Shown piece by piece: positions 38,538 through 48,154 of a stretch of 64,000 nt of DNA. Made by a program: the position numbers and the translations under genes. The stretch is from Planctomycetota bacterium (GTDB lineage Bacteria; Planctomycetota; UBA11346). The stretch lies in the NCBI GenBank assembly GCA_038231435.1, contig JBBRLJ010000009.1, forward strand, positions 32,001-96,000, read 5' to 3'. The notes below the pieces were generated by a model. The model was not told the DNA's origin and did not search any database. It was given only the letters and a program-made list of their open reading frames with translations. The stretch's first letter is position 1. The number at the start of each line of letters is the position of its first letter.

Positions 38538-39551
38538 TTATTTGCGCGTCTCAGTGGAATTGATCCACTTCATCATCTTGCGCAGCTTGCGGCCGACGTC
38601 CTCGATCGGGTGCTGGGCCTCCGACTTGCGCATCTTGTTCATGAAGGGCTTGCCCTTCGCGCATTCCTTGCGGAACGCCTTGGCGAACTTCACCTTCTGG
38701 ATGTCCTTGAGGACCTTGCGCATGGTCTTGCGCGTCTTGTCGGTGATGATCTTCGGACCGGTGACGTAATCGCCGTACTCGGCGGTGTTCGAGATCGAGT
38801 AGCGCATGTAGCTCAGGCCGCCCTCGTACATCAGGTCGACGATCAGCTTGACCTCGTGCAGGCATTCGAAGTACGCCATCTCGGGCGGATAGCCGGCCTC
38901 GGTGAGCGTCTCGAAGCCCGCCTTGATCAGCGCGCTGAGGCCGCCGCAGAGGACGACCTGCTCGCCGAAGAGATCGGTCTCGGTCTCATCCTTGAAGGTG
39001 GTCTCGATGATGCCGGCGCGGGCGCCGCCGATGGCGTTACCGTAGGCGAGCGCGCGTCCCAGCGCCTTGCCGGTGGAATCTTGCTTCACGGCGACCAGGC
39101 ACGGCACACCACCGCCCTTGAGGTATTCGCTGCGCACGGTGTGGCCCGGGCCCTTGGGCGCGATCATGGTGACGTCGACGTCGCGCGGCGGCTTGACGAA
39201 GCCGAAGTGGATGTTGAAGCCATGCGCGACCATCAGCATCATGCCGGGGCGCAGGTTCGGCTCGATGTCCTGCTTGTAGACCTCGGGCAGGAATTCGTCG
39301 GGAACCAGGCACATGACGATATCGGCCTGCTGGACGGCCTGGGCCGGGGGCACCACCTTGAAGCCATGCTTGAGCGCCAGCTTGGCGTTGGGGCTGGTGG
39401 TGTTGTGGTTGCCGACCAGCACCTTCACGCCGCTGTCGCGCAGGTTCTGGGCGTGGGCATGGCCCTGGCTGCCGTAGCCGATGACGGCGACGGTGCTCTT
39501 CTGGATGGGGGCGAGCTTCGCGGTCTTCTCGTAGTGGACCTTGATGGCCAT
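38538..39551 (-). CDS. ilvC: Ketol-acid reductoisomerase
   Basis: [41 protein letters not shown] motifs. Confidence 0.97.
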   Translation of the reverse strand: MAIKVHYEKTAKLAPIQKSTVAVIGYGSQGHAHAQNLRDSGVKVLVGNHNTTSPNAKLALKHGFKVVPPAQAVQQADIVMCLVPDEFLPEVYKQDIEPNLRPGMMLMVAHGFNIHFGFVKPPRDVDVTMIAPKGPGHTVRSEYLKGGGVPCLVAVKQDSTGKALGRALAYGNAIGGARAGIIETTFKDETETDLFGEQVVLCGGLSALIKAGFETLTEAGYPPEMAYFECLHEVKLIVDLMYEGGLSYMRYSISNTAEYGDYVTGPKIITDKTRKTMRKVLKDIQKVKFAKAFRKECAKGKPFMNKMRKSEAQHPIEDVGRKLRKMMKWINSTETRK

Positions 39552-39696
39552 GTCGGCTCCGTCGGGGCGTTTATGAGGGTTGATGAGGGTTGCAGATGAT
39601 GGGACAAGCGTGTCGCGTGCGCGGGATGCGCCCTTGGATGCGCTGGGGAAGGGGCGGCAGCATAGGGGCCGCGGGGCAAAAGCAAAATAGTTGAAT

Positions 39697-40266
39697 TTAC
39701 GCGGGCTTTTTCCCGCCAAAACGTGCGCGCAGGGCCTCGACAACACACGCGTCGGCCCGGGGCGATACGAGCTCGACCGGCGAGATGCCACGGCGCACGG
39801 CGAGCGCGGCCGCGGCCAGCAGCGCAGCTATGGTGATGGCCGCGTTTTGCCAGGACGACAACCCCCACTGGCCCGACCACGACCAGCCGAGATCCGAGAA
39901 CGGCTGCAGGAACGGGATGGGCCACTGGTTGCCATCCGGTCCACGCGCGCCGATCAGATCGCAGGCCAGATGGCCGAGCGCCGCCGCGAGGGCCAAGGCC
40001 GCGACCCGCCAGGTCCTCCCGCCGAACATCCAGGCGCAGCCAGCGATGGCGACGCAGGCCAGCAGGTTGTGGGTGAGGTGGTGATGGAAGCGGTGGAACC
40101 ATTCGATGGGGTGGGCGCTGTCGCGGGTCAATGCCTCGAAGGGATAGCCGAAGCCATCGAGGTCGGGAGCCAGCCCGGCGAGGGTGATGGCGATGCGGCC
40201 GCGCCGGTCGATTCCTGGAGCGTTCGCGAGCAGCCAGCTCAGCAGCCCATGGGTGACCGGACTCAC
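39697..40266 (-). CDS. Membrane-bound metal-dependent hydrolase (YdjM/DUF457-like)
   Basis: TH..LAPDLD..HH.LTH..GHLACD pattern. Confidence 0.75.
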   Translation of the reverse strand: MSPVTHGLLSWLLANAPGIDRRGRIAITLAGLAPDLDGFGYPFEALTRDSAHPIEWFHRFHHHLTHNLLACVAIAGCAWMFGGRTWRVAALALAAALGHLACDLIGARGPDGNQWPIPFLQPFSDLGWSWSGQWGLSSWQNAAITIAALLAAAALAVRRGISPVELVSPRADACVVEALRARFGGKKPA

Positions 40267-41033
40267 GCCGTGGGCTTGCGCTGCGTGGCGGAGCGCTCGG
40301 CGAGCAGGCGTTCGGCGTACGCGAGATCCGCCGGCGTGTTCACGCCGAGCACCGAGGCCACGTCGTCGGTGGTCACCAGCTCAATGGGCTCGCCTGTGGC
40401 CGCGAGCATGCCGACGACGTCGGTCAGGTAGTATTCGCCCTGTGCGTTGTTCGGCTTGACCGCCGCAAGGCAGCGGAAGAGATCGGCGCGGCGGAAGGCG
40501 TAGATGCCACTGTTGACCAGGTCGATCCCGCGCTCGTCTGCGGTCGCGTCCTTGTGCTCGACGATCCTGGTCAGCCTGCCCGAGGCATCGGTGACCATGC
40601 GCCCGTAGCCGGTCGGGTCGCTCATGCGTGCGGCCACGCCGGTGCATGCCGCGCCGGTCCGGGCATGCTTGGTGAGCAGGTCGTCGAGCAGTCGAGCCGG
40701 CGTCAACGGACAGTCGCCGCACAACACCAGTACGGTGTCGCCACGCACCACCGGTTCGGTCACGCGCACGGCATGGCCGGTGCCCAGCTGCCGGTCTTGC
40801 AGCACGCAGTCCGGTTTCCACGGAGCGACCGCCTGCTCGACCCGCTCGCGCTGCCAACCGACCACCACCACGGTCTGGCCGACGCCGAGTTGAGCGCAGG
40901 TATCCAGCACGTGCGCCACCAGCGGCCGGCCCGCGAGAGGATGCAGCACCTTCGCCAGGTCGGAGCCCATGCGCGTGCCCTTGCCCGCCGCGAGGATGAC
41001 GGCGGCGACGGTACGATGCTGGTTCTGGGACAT
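40263..41033 (-). CDS. GlmU-like N-terminal uridyltransferase domain only
   Basis: ILAAGKGTRM.SDLAKVLH, QLGTGHAV, DPTGYGR, NNAQGEYYLTD, GVNT motifs; ends at 256 aa with no beta-helix domain. Confidence 0.88.
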   Translation of the reverse strand: MSQNQHRTVAAVILAAGKGTRMGSDLAKVLHPLAGRPLVAHVLDTCAQLGVGQTVVVVGWQRERVEQAVAPWKPDCVLQDRQLGTGHAVRVTEPVVRGDTVLVLCGDCPLTPARLLDDLLTKHARTGAACTGVAARMSDPTGYGRMVTDASGRLTRIVEHKDATADERGIDLVNSGIYAFRRADLFRCLAAVKPNNAQGEYYLTDVVGMLAATGEPIELVTTDDVASVLGVNTPADLAYAERLLAERSATQRKPTA

Positions 41034-41143
41034 CCACTCACCGTAGTCCGGACCCGCCTATCGTCCAGGCTCGAGGAATGGCGCTGTCTGTCGTCCATCG
41101 TCGACAGCCGGAGACGGACAGGAGGTACATCGTCAGTCGATGA

Positions 41144-42505
41144 TCACAGGTCTCGTGGTGTCGGTCGGACTGCCTCCCCGTTGTCCGACGACGAACCACG
41201 GACAATGGACGACGGATGGTCATCCATTCCCACCTGCCCATGCAAACAGCGCGCGGTGGCCACGCTGACACGCGTGCGCTCGGCGATGCAGAAGCCGGGG
41301 ATCCACACCACTCCTTCGGCATCGGCCACCACCGCGACCTCGGCGCGCGTGCGCGCGTCGACGCGGTGGTCGGAGAGATATTTGCGCACGCCTTGGTGGC
41401 CTGGGGATCCCAGCGGCCGCCAGGCATCGTCCATCCGCCATGGCCGCCAAGTCAGAGGCCAGTGGATACTGGCCGCATCGAGCCAGGCCTCGCCAGCCGC
41501 GGCGCGAGGATCGCTCGGCGCGAGCGAGCTCTGGAGGATCAGGCGCTGACCGCCGCGCCGATATGATCCTGGTCCTTCGATCGCGACCACTTCGACACTC
41601 GGTTCGCTCGTCTCGCGCTCCCACCGCACCCCATCGCGAGCGCGTTCGAACATCCACGGCCCCAACCGCAGCCGTCGACCGACGGCGCCGACCTCGAGCT
41701 CCTCCAATCGCCGGATGCGCTGCCGGCTCGGCTCGATGCCGAGTCCGACCAGCAGCTCTCGCCAGCGCTCGCCGGCCGCCGGCCGCCGCGACGAGGCATC
41801 TCCACGCGGCGCGTGGCGCGCGAGCGCGTGGCGCAACAGAGCGTCGACGGTGCCAGGAACGGCCGCCTCCAAGAGCGGCAGCACCCGCGCGCGGATGTGG
41901 TTGCGGCGGAAGCGCACGTCCGCGTTGCTCGCGTCCTCGCGCCAAGAGACCGAGCGTTCGGCGAGGTAAGCGCGCAGACGTGCGCGCGTGAAGGGCAGGA
42001 GCGGACGCACCAACGGCAGTCCTTCGAGATCGCGCGTAGCCGGCATGCCCGTTCCACCGGCGCTGCCAGCGCCGCGCAGCAGGCTCATCAGCACCGTCTC
42101 GGCTTGGTCATCGCGATGATGGGCGGTCGCGATCGCCGATGCTCCCGTCTCGCGCGCTACCGCGCGCAGACGTTCGTAGCGGTACCGGCGGCCAGCCTCC
42201 TCGATGCCGCAGCGCCAGCGGCGCGCGAGGTCGGCGATGTCGGCGCGCTCAACCACCGCGACCGCGCGGCCCGCGCCCGACGCGATCTGGATCTCATCGA
42301 CCAGCGCGCGCACCGCGTCGGCATCGGCTGCCGATTCCGCGCGCAAGCCGTGGTCGAGATGGAAGGCCACCAGCGGCCAGCGGCCGGCGGCGGCCAGCAG
42401 GTCGAGGAGGGCCACGCTGTCGGCTCCGCCGCTCACCGCGACCACGATGGTAGCGCCATCGGACGGCAGCAGCGGGCGCGCGTGGGCGAGGAATTCGGCG
42501 AGCAT
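41144..42505 (-). CDS. tilS: tRNA(Ile)-lysidine synthetase
   Basis: VAVSGGADS, HLDHGLR, TAHHRDDQAETVL, RPLL, RRNHIR motifs. Confidence 0.93.
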   Translation of the reverse strand: MLAEFLAHARPLLPSDGATIVVAVSGGADSVALLDLLAAAGRWPLVAFHLDHGLRAESAADADAVRALVDEIQIASGAGRAVAVVERADIADLARRWRCGIEEAGRRYRYERLRAVARETGASAIATAHHRDDQAETVLMSLLRGAGSAGGTGMPATRDLEGLPLVRPLLPFTRARLRAYLAERSVSWREDASNADVRFRRNHIRARVLPLLEAAVPGTVDALLRHALARHAPRGDASSRRPAAGERWRELLVGLGIEPSRQRIRRLEELEVGAVGRRLRLGPWMFERARDGVRWERETSEPSVEVVAIEGPGSYRRGGQRLILQSSLAPSDPRAAAGEAWLDAASIHWPLTWRPWRMDDAWRPLGSPGHQGVRKYLSDHRVDARTRAEVAVVADAEGVVWIPGFCIAERTRVSVATARCLHGQVGMDDHPSSIVRGSSSDNGEAVRPTPRDL

Positions 42506-42521
42506 CGACGTCCTTCGACGG

Positions 42522-42630
42522 GTCATCGGTCAGACATCGGCCGGACATCGGCCGGACATCGGCCCGACATAGCCCGGACTGCTGCCAGCATCTGCTGGAC
42601 GTCCGCAAAGCATCCGCAAGACATCGGCAT
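42522..42630. repeat. Degenerate 11-bp tandem array (GACATCGGCCG-type), about 10 units
   Basis: Units at 42522, 42533, 42544, 42555, 42566, 42577, then 42587, 42598, 42609, 42620. Confidence 0.7.
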
Positions 42631-42651
42631 GATGGCCGATTGCCGGTCGGC

Positions 42652-43458
42652 TCAGGTGAGGCGGCGCTTCTGATCCTGCACCGTGCGCGATGTCAAGAGA
42701 TCGACGAGCCCGGGCAGCACGTCCTTCGCGGTCCCGCGGATGCTGCAGGTCGCGATCGGCGAGAACGGCGTCTCCTCGGTGTTGATCTCGACCACCGGCT
42801 GGTTGGCGATGACCAGGTCCGAAGGGATGGCCGAGGCCGGTTGGACCAGGCACGATGATCCGACCAGCAGACAGCCGTCGGGATTGAACTGGGTGATCGC
42901 CTGCAGCGGGGGCAGCGGCAGGGCCTCGCCGTACCACACCGAGCCGGGGCGGACGGGCGCCCCGCAACGCGGGCAGGGCATCAGGCTCAGGGCGTTGTCG
43001 CCGTCATCGGCTGCCCTCCACCCGCAAGCGGCTGAGCAGATGGTCTCGAACAGCGAACCGTGCAGGTGCAGTACTGGGGACACCCCTGCGCGCTCGAGCA
43101 GGTCATCCTCGTTGGTGGTGGCGATCAGCACCTGGCCGGGAGTCGGGAAGTGCCGCTGGAGCAAGGCGATGGTACGTTGGCCGGGATGCGGCGCCGACGA
43201 GGCGACCTGCAGGCGACGCTCGCGGTACCATTCCCAGACCAGATCCGGGTCGCGCGTAAAACCATCGGGGTGCGCCAGGTCCTCGAACTTGTGATTCTTC
43301 CAGAAGCCGCCCTCGCAGCGGAACGTGGGGACTCCGGCATCCGCGCTCATGCCCGCGCCGGTCATCACCAGCAGGCGGCGGCACGGCCGCAGCAGCTTGG
43401 CCGCTTCCGATTGGGCGCTTTCCAGCGCTCCAGGAGCATCGGTGGTTCGCTGGCTCAC
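42652..43458 (-). CDS. cobB: Sir2/CobB-family NAD-dependent deacylase (divergent)
   Basis: TGAGMSADAGVPTFR, WYRERR, LHGS, C..C zinc pairs, RPGSVWYGE, VEIN motifs. Confidence 0.8.
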   Translation of the reverse strand: MSQRTTDAPGALESAQSEAAKLLRPCRRLLVMTGAGMSADAGVPTFRCEGGFWKNHKFEDLAHPDGFTRDPDLVWEWYRERRLQVASSAPHPGQRTIALLQRHFPTPGQVLIATTNEDDLLERAGVSPVLHLHGSLFETICSAACGWRAADDGDNALSLMPCPRCGAPVRPGSVWYGEALPLPPLQAITQFNPDGCLLVGSSCLVQPASAIPSDLVIANQPVVEINTEETPFSPIATCSIRGTAKDVLPGLVDLLTSRTVQDQKRRLT

Positions 43459-43509
43459 AGGGTGTATTTGTACTGGTCAGCCCTCTGGGGATCAAGAGAT
43501 TCCGGTCAG

Positions 43510-43818
43510 GTGCCGGATCTCGATTGCCCTTCCCTGCAGGTATTCGTGGCCGAGGCGCGCGCCCGCGGCCTGAAACGGGCGGTCGTGGCGTGGCGTGAGG
43601 AATTCGGCCCGCTGCCCCGCCCCGACGGTGCCGCCGACTACGGCCGCGTGCGCGAAACCACTGCGCTCGCCTACGATGGCGGCACCATCCTCCGTCATCA
43701 CGCCACGGGCGAGAGCGCGGACCGCCGAGCGATGGCCCAGGCGCTCGCCGAGGCCGGACTCGCGGTCGAGAGCCGCTGCCGAAACCTCACCGGCGACATC
43801 GGCTCGCGACCGTCCTGA
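43510..43818 (+). CDS. Hypothetical protein
   Basis: 102 aa GTG-start ORF filling the gap divergent from cobB; high-GC3 codons; no recognised motif. Confidence 0.45.
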   Translation: MPDLDCPSLQVFVAEARARGLKRAVVAWREEFGPLPRPDGAADYGRVRETTALAYDGGTILRHHATGESADRRAMAQALAEAGLAVESRCRNLTGDIGSRPS

Positions 43819-43979
43819 TTCCGGCAGGTGAGCCCGGCTCCGCACCCCGTCGCTCCGGTGCGCCTGATTGACCATCCCGCCGCGAGGGCTCCAATGCGAG
43901 TTCTTCCAGGCCTCCTGCCTGGTCCAGCCCAGCGGCGCAGCCGCGCAGCGCGATCGACGATCGCACGGAAAGCAGTCTC

Positions 43980-44780
43980 GTGTTCACTCTGATAGACGAT
44001 GTGGCGGTAGTGATCGGCGGAACCGGGGTGCTGGGCGGCGCATTGGCCGAGGGTCTCGGCCGCGCCAAGGCGAGCGTCGCCATCCTCGGCCGTAATGCCG
44101 AGCGGGGTGAAGCGCGCGCGCACGCCATCCGTGAGGCAGGCGGCAAGGCCCTGTTCGTCGCCTGCGACGCCCAAGATGCCGACAGCCTGAAACGCGCGAG
44201 CCAGGACATTACCCAGAAACTCGGCGAGCCGACCGTGCTGGTGAACGCTGCCGGTGGCAACGACCCCAAAGTCACGGTGGTGGGCGACAAGAGCTTCGAG
44301 TCGATCGCGCTCGCCGACTGGAAGGCCAACTACGACCTCAACCTGATCGGTGGCGCGCTGCTCCCCTGCCAGGTGTTCGGACCGGGCATGGTGGCGCGCA
44401 AGCGCGGCTCGATCGTCAACATCGCTTCGGTCAGCGCGCACATCCCGCTGTCGCGCGTGGTCTCGTACTCGTCGGCCAAGGCGGCGGTGCTGAGCCTGAC
44501 GCAGTTCCTCGCCCGTGAATGGGCCCGCTCGGGCGTGCGCGTGAACTCCATCACTCCCGGCTTCTTTCCCGCCGAGCAGAACAAGCGCCTGCTCTTCAAC
44601 CCTGACGGCACCCCCACCGCACGTGGCCAGCAGATCCTCGGCCACACCCCGATGGGTCGCTTCGGCGAAGCCGACGAGCTGATCGGCGCAGTGGTGTTCC
44701 TCGCCTGCCGCGAGGCGAGTGGTTTCGTCACTGGCAGCGACATCCGCGTCGACGGCGGATTCCTGGCGCAGACGATATGA
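43980..44780 (+). CDS. SDR oxidoreductase, D-mannonate/gluconate dehydrogenase-like
   Basis: GGTGVLG, NAAGGN, YSSAK, PGFFPAEQN, VDGGF motifs. Confidence 0.85.
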   Translation: MFTLIDDVAVVIGGTGVLGGALAEGLGRAKASVAILGRNAERGEARAHAIREAGGKALFVACDAQDADSLKRASQDITQKLGEPTVLVNAAGGNDPKVTVVGDKSFESIALADWKANYDLNLIGGALLPCQVFGPGMVARKRGSIVNIASVSAHIPLSRVVSYSSAKAAVLSLTQFLAREWARSGVRVNSITPGFFPAEQNKRLLFNPDGTPTARGQQILGHTPMGRFGEADELIGAVVFLACREASGFVTGSDIRVDGGFLAQTI

Positions 44781-44826
44781 ATCGGAACGGGCGGCAGGCG
44801 GCGTGCGGCGAGCGGCGATCGTAGCC

Positions 44827-46377
44827 GTGCTGGTCCTCGCCATCGACATCGGCACCTCGTCCACGCGCACCGCGCTGTTCAACGAATCCGGCGCGCGCAT
44901 CCTCGCCACCTCGGCGAGCGAATCCTACCCGTTGGTCACCGACGCCGCCGGACGCGCCGAGATCGCGCCGGGGCGGCTGCTCGCGGCGGTGCGCGGCTGT
45001 GTCGGCCGCACGCTCGTGGCGGCGAGGACGCTGAAATCACTGCGCGGGCGCCCGATCGCGGCGGTCGGCACGTCGTGCTTCTGGCACAGCCTGATCGGCG
45101 TCGATGCCGATGGCGAAGCGGTCACGCCGATCATCACCTGGGCGGACAGCCGTTGCCGAGTCGACGCCGAACGCCTGCGCCGCCGCCATGACGAGCACGC
45201 CATCCACGCGCGCACCGGCTGCATGCTGCGCGCGTCGTTCTGGCCGGCGAAACTCGCCTGGCTCGAACGCGTGCATCGCGGCACCTTCCGCCAGGCCGAG
45301 CGCTGGATGTCGCCGGCGGAATGGCTGTACCTGCACATCTGCGGTGGCCTGCGCTGCGCGCACGGCATGGCCACCGGCACCGGCCTCTACGATCCCGCGG
45401 CCATGACCTGGGATGGCGACGCGGTGGCGCGCGCGCATCTGCGCCCGGCGCAGCTGCCGCCGATCTCGGACGAGCCGCTGATGCTGGGCGCCGCGGCGCG
45501 GCGCTCGTGGCCCGAGCTCGCGCAGGCGCGCTGGTTCCCGGCGATCGGCGATGGCGCGGCGAACAACCTCGGCGCCGGCGCCACCCGTCCGGGGTGGGCG
45601 GCGATCAACTTCGGCACCAGCGCCGCGGTGCGCATCATGCGCGACAAGCCCTTTCCGGGCGACCGCGGCCCGCGGGCGCCGTACGGGCTGTTCTGCTACC
45701 GCGTGGACAGCGAGCGCTTCCTGGTGGGTGGCGCGATCTCCAACGCGGGTTCGCTGCGCGCATGGTGCATGGAGCACCTCAGACTGCCCGACGATGCGAC
45801 GATCGAACGCCAGCTCGCGCGCCGCGCCGGCCCGGCGCACGGCCTGCGCGTACTGCCGTTCTGGCTCGCCGAGCGCGCGCCGAGCTGGCGCGACGATCTC
45901 GCCGGCGCGATCGTCGGCATCACCCAGTCGACCAGCGCGCTCGACCTGCTGCAGGCGATCACCGAGGCCAGCTTCCACCGCCTGGCGACCATCGTCGACG
46001 CGCTGCCCGGATCGGGCGCCAGGCTCCGCTTCGTGGTCGGCGGTGGCCTGCAGCGCTCTCCCGCCGGCCTGCAGCGCCTGGCCGACGTGCTCGGCCGCGA
46101 CCTGCTCGCATCGCACGAGCCCGAGCTGTCGCTGCGCGGCGCGGCGGTGTTCGCGCTCGAGAAACTCGGGGCTCCGCCCGAGCGCGGCGCGGCGAGCGGT
46201 GAGCCCGTGCGCGCGCGGCGCACGCAGGCCCACGCCTACGCGCGCGAACGTGCGCGCCTGCTCGAACTCGAAGGGGAATTGCATCCGCTGCCATCTGGCG
46301 CCGGCTCGCCTCCCACCGCGAAGCGCAGGGCGGTGCGCCGCGGCCGGACCACCCGCAACGCGAGGACTCAGCCATGA
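44827..46377 (+). CDS. gntK: FGGY-family carbohydrate kinase, gluconokinase-like
   Basis: LAIDIGTSSTR, WHSLIGVD, ITWADSR, GDGAANNLG, FGTSAAVR, LFCY, AERAP.W motifs. Confidence 0.8.
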   Translation: MLVLAIDIGTSSTRTALFNESGARILATSASESYPLVTDAAGRAEIAPGRLLAAVRGCVGRTLVAARTLKSLRGRPIAAVGTSCFWHSLIGVDADGEAVTPIITWADSRCRVDAERLRRRHDEHAIHARTGCMLRASFWPAKLAWLERVHRGTFRQAERWMSPAEWLYLHICGGLRCAHGMATGTGLYDPAAMTWDGDAVARAHLRPAQLPPISDEPLMLGAAARRSWPELAQARWFPAIGDGAANNLGAGATRPGWAAINFGTSAAVRIMRDKPFPGDRGPRAPYGLFCYRVDSERFLVGGAISNAGSLRAWCMEHLRLPDDATIERQLARRAGPAHGLRVLPFWLAERAPSWRDDLAGAIVGITQSTSALDLLQAITEASFHRLATIVDALPGSGARLRFVVGGGLQRSPAGLQRLADVLGRDLLASHEPELSLRGAAVFALEKLGAPPERGAASGEPVRARRTQAHAYARERARLLELEGELHPLPSGAGSPPTAKRRAVRRGRTTRNARTQP

Positions 46378-47645
46378 CCGTCTGGTTCGCCAAGGGTTCG
46401 TCCACCACCGTGCTCGGCGAAGACGATCTTCGCGCAGCACTCGCGTCGGTGTTCGCACGGCTCGGCGACAGGAAGAAGGTGCTCGCGGTACCGCCTGACA
46501 TGACTCGCTTCAACAGCCGCGCCGGCATCCTCACGCGTATCGCCTACGAGCACTACGGCGACGCCATGACCGATGTGCTGCCGGCGCTGGGCACGCACGT
46601 GCCGATGCCCGATTGGCAGATCGCCAAGATGTACGCGGGCGTGCCCCGCTCGCTGTTCCGTGACCACGATTGGCGCAACGACGTGGTCACCATCGGCACC
46701 CTGCCGGCCGAGTTCGTCAGGACCGCGACCGAGGGCATCTACGACAAGCCCTGGCCGGCGCAGCTGAACAAACTGGTCTGGCATGGCGGCCACGACCTCA
46801 TCCTCTCGATCGGCCAGGTGGTGCCGCACGAGGTCGCTGGCATGGCGAATGGCGCCAAGAACCTGTTCATCGGCACTGGCGGCGCCGACGGCATCAACGA
46901 GAGCCATTTCATCGGCGCAGCATACGGCATGGAGCGCATGATGGGCCGCGCCGACACGCCAGTGCGCCGCCTGCTCGACGAAGCCCAGAAGCGTTTCTGC
47001 GCGCATCTGCCCATCGTCTATGTGCTGACCGTCGTCGGCGCCCAGGCCGACGGCAGCCTGGTCACGCGCGGGCTGTTCGTCGGTGACGGTCCCGAATGCT
47101 TCGCCCTAGCTGCGAAGCTATCACTCGAGGTGAACTTCAGGCTCCTCGACGAGGAGATGGCCAAGGTGGTGGTGCTGCTCGACCCCGAGGAATTCCACAC
47201 CACCTGGCTGGGCAATAAATCCGTATACCGCACGCGCATGGCGATCGCGGACCGCGGTGAACTGGTGGTTCTCGCCCCGGGCCTGAAAGGGTTCGGCGAG
47301 GATCCCGAGATCGATCGGCTGATCCGCAAGTACGGCTACCGCACCACGCCCGAGGTCATGCGTTTCGTGGGCGAGAACGAGGATCTGCGCGCGAACCTCT
47401 CGGCGGCGGCCCACCTCATCCACGGCTCGAGCGAGGGCCGTTTCAGCGTGACTTATTGCCCGGGCCACGTGTCGCGCGCTGAGATCGAAGGCGTCGGTTA
47501 CCGCTACGCCGATCTCGCCGAGACCACGCGCCGCTACGATCCCGCGAAACTGAAGGACGGATGGAACGACGTCGCGGGCGAGCGCGTGTTCTTCATTTCG
47601 AATCCGGCGCTGGGACTGTGGGCTTATCGCGGCCGCTTCACCTGA
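46374..47645 (+). CDS. LarA-family (lactate racemase domain) epimerase
   Basis: PPDMTR, PALGTH, HDWR, VVPHEVAGMANGAKN motifs; ATGA overlap with the kinase. Confidence 0.8.
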   Translation: MTVWFAKGSSTTVLGEDDLRAALASVFARLGDRKKVLAVPPDMTRFNSRAGILTRIAYEHYGDAMTDVLPALGTHVPMPDWQIAKMYAGVPRSLFRDHDWRNDVVTIGTLPAEFVRTATEGIYDKPWPAQLNKLVWHGGHDLILSIGQVVPHEVAGMANGAKNLFIGTGGADGINESHFIGAAYGMERMMGRADTPVRRLLDEAQKRFCAHLPIVYVLTVVGAQADGSLVTRGLFVGDGPECFALAAKLSLEVNFRLLDEEMAKVVVLLDPEEFHTTWLGNKSVYRTRMAIADRGELVVLAPGLKGFGEDPEIDRLIRKYGYRTTPEVMRFVGENEDLRANLSAAAHLIHGSSEGRFSVTYCPGHVSRAEIEGVGYRYADLAETTRRYDPAKLKDGWNDVAGERVFFISNPALGLWAYRGRFT

Positions 47646-47669
47646 CCCTCGCCGACGTCACCACGGCAG

Positions 47670-47972
47670 CTACACGGGCTTCTTCGAGCCATCCAGGACA
47701 TGCGCGTCGAACGCGTCGGCGATCTCTTGCAGGCGGTACTCGTGCTCGTCGAGCGCCTGCACGTACGCGTACAGGTAATAGCCGTCCTTCGAGCGGTTGA
47801 GCTCGGTCTTCATCATGCACTCCGGATCCTTGTACCGGAACGTGTAGGTGCCGGTCGGCTCGAAGCCGAGGTCGTTGAAGACCGAGGTGAAGTGGTCGAG
47901 GTCATGGGTGAAGTCGACGATTTCCTTGGGGTCCAAGGAAATGGCGAACTTGCGGACGGTGATCGTGCCCAT
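47670..47972 (-). CDS. Hypothetical protein
   Basis: 100 aa with strong C/G third-position bias; no family recognised. Confidence 0.7.
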   Translation of the reverse strand: MGTITVRKFAISLDPKEIVDFTHDLDHFTSVFNDLGFEPTGTYTFRYKDPECMMKTELNRSKDGYYLYAYVQALDEHEYRLQEIADAFDAHVLDGSKKPV

Positions 47973-48154
47973 GTACCGGGAGTGTACATCCAGCCAGCGA
48001 GCGCGGCAAGACAGCCTCGGGCGGTATGCGAGCACCAGCCCCTTAACACCCGCATTCCCCGATCAACACGGCCCTTGCATCCACCCCCGATGCCTCGAGC
48101 CGGGCAGGCGGCGAAGCCCGCAGCCGGCAGTAGCGGCGAAGCCGCCGGTGGCCG

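Noticed and set aside
42522..42630. Possible CRISPR array (also 26693-26731, 23034-23070, 9593-9665)
   Set aside because: Units are 11-13 bp without spacers, or only two copies; no cas genes in the window.
42652..43458. Sir2 as an anti-phage defence gene (Thoeris/DSR-type)
   Set aside because: It has the zinc subdomain and CobB-type motifs and sits among housekeeping genes with no defence partners.
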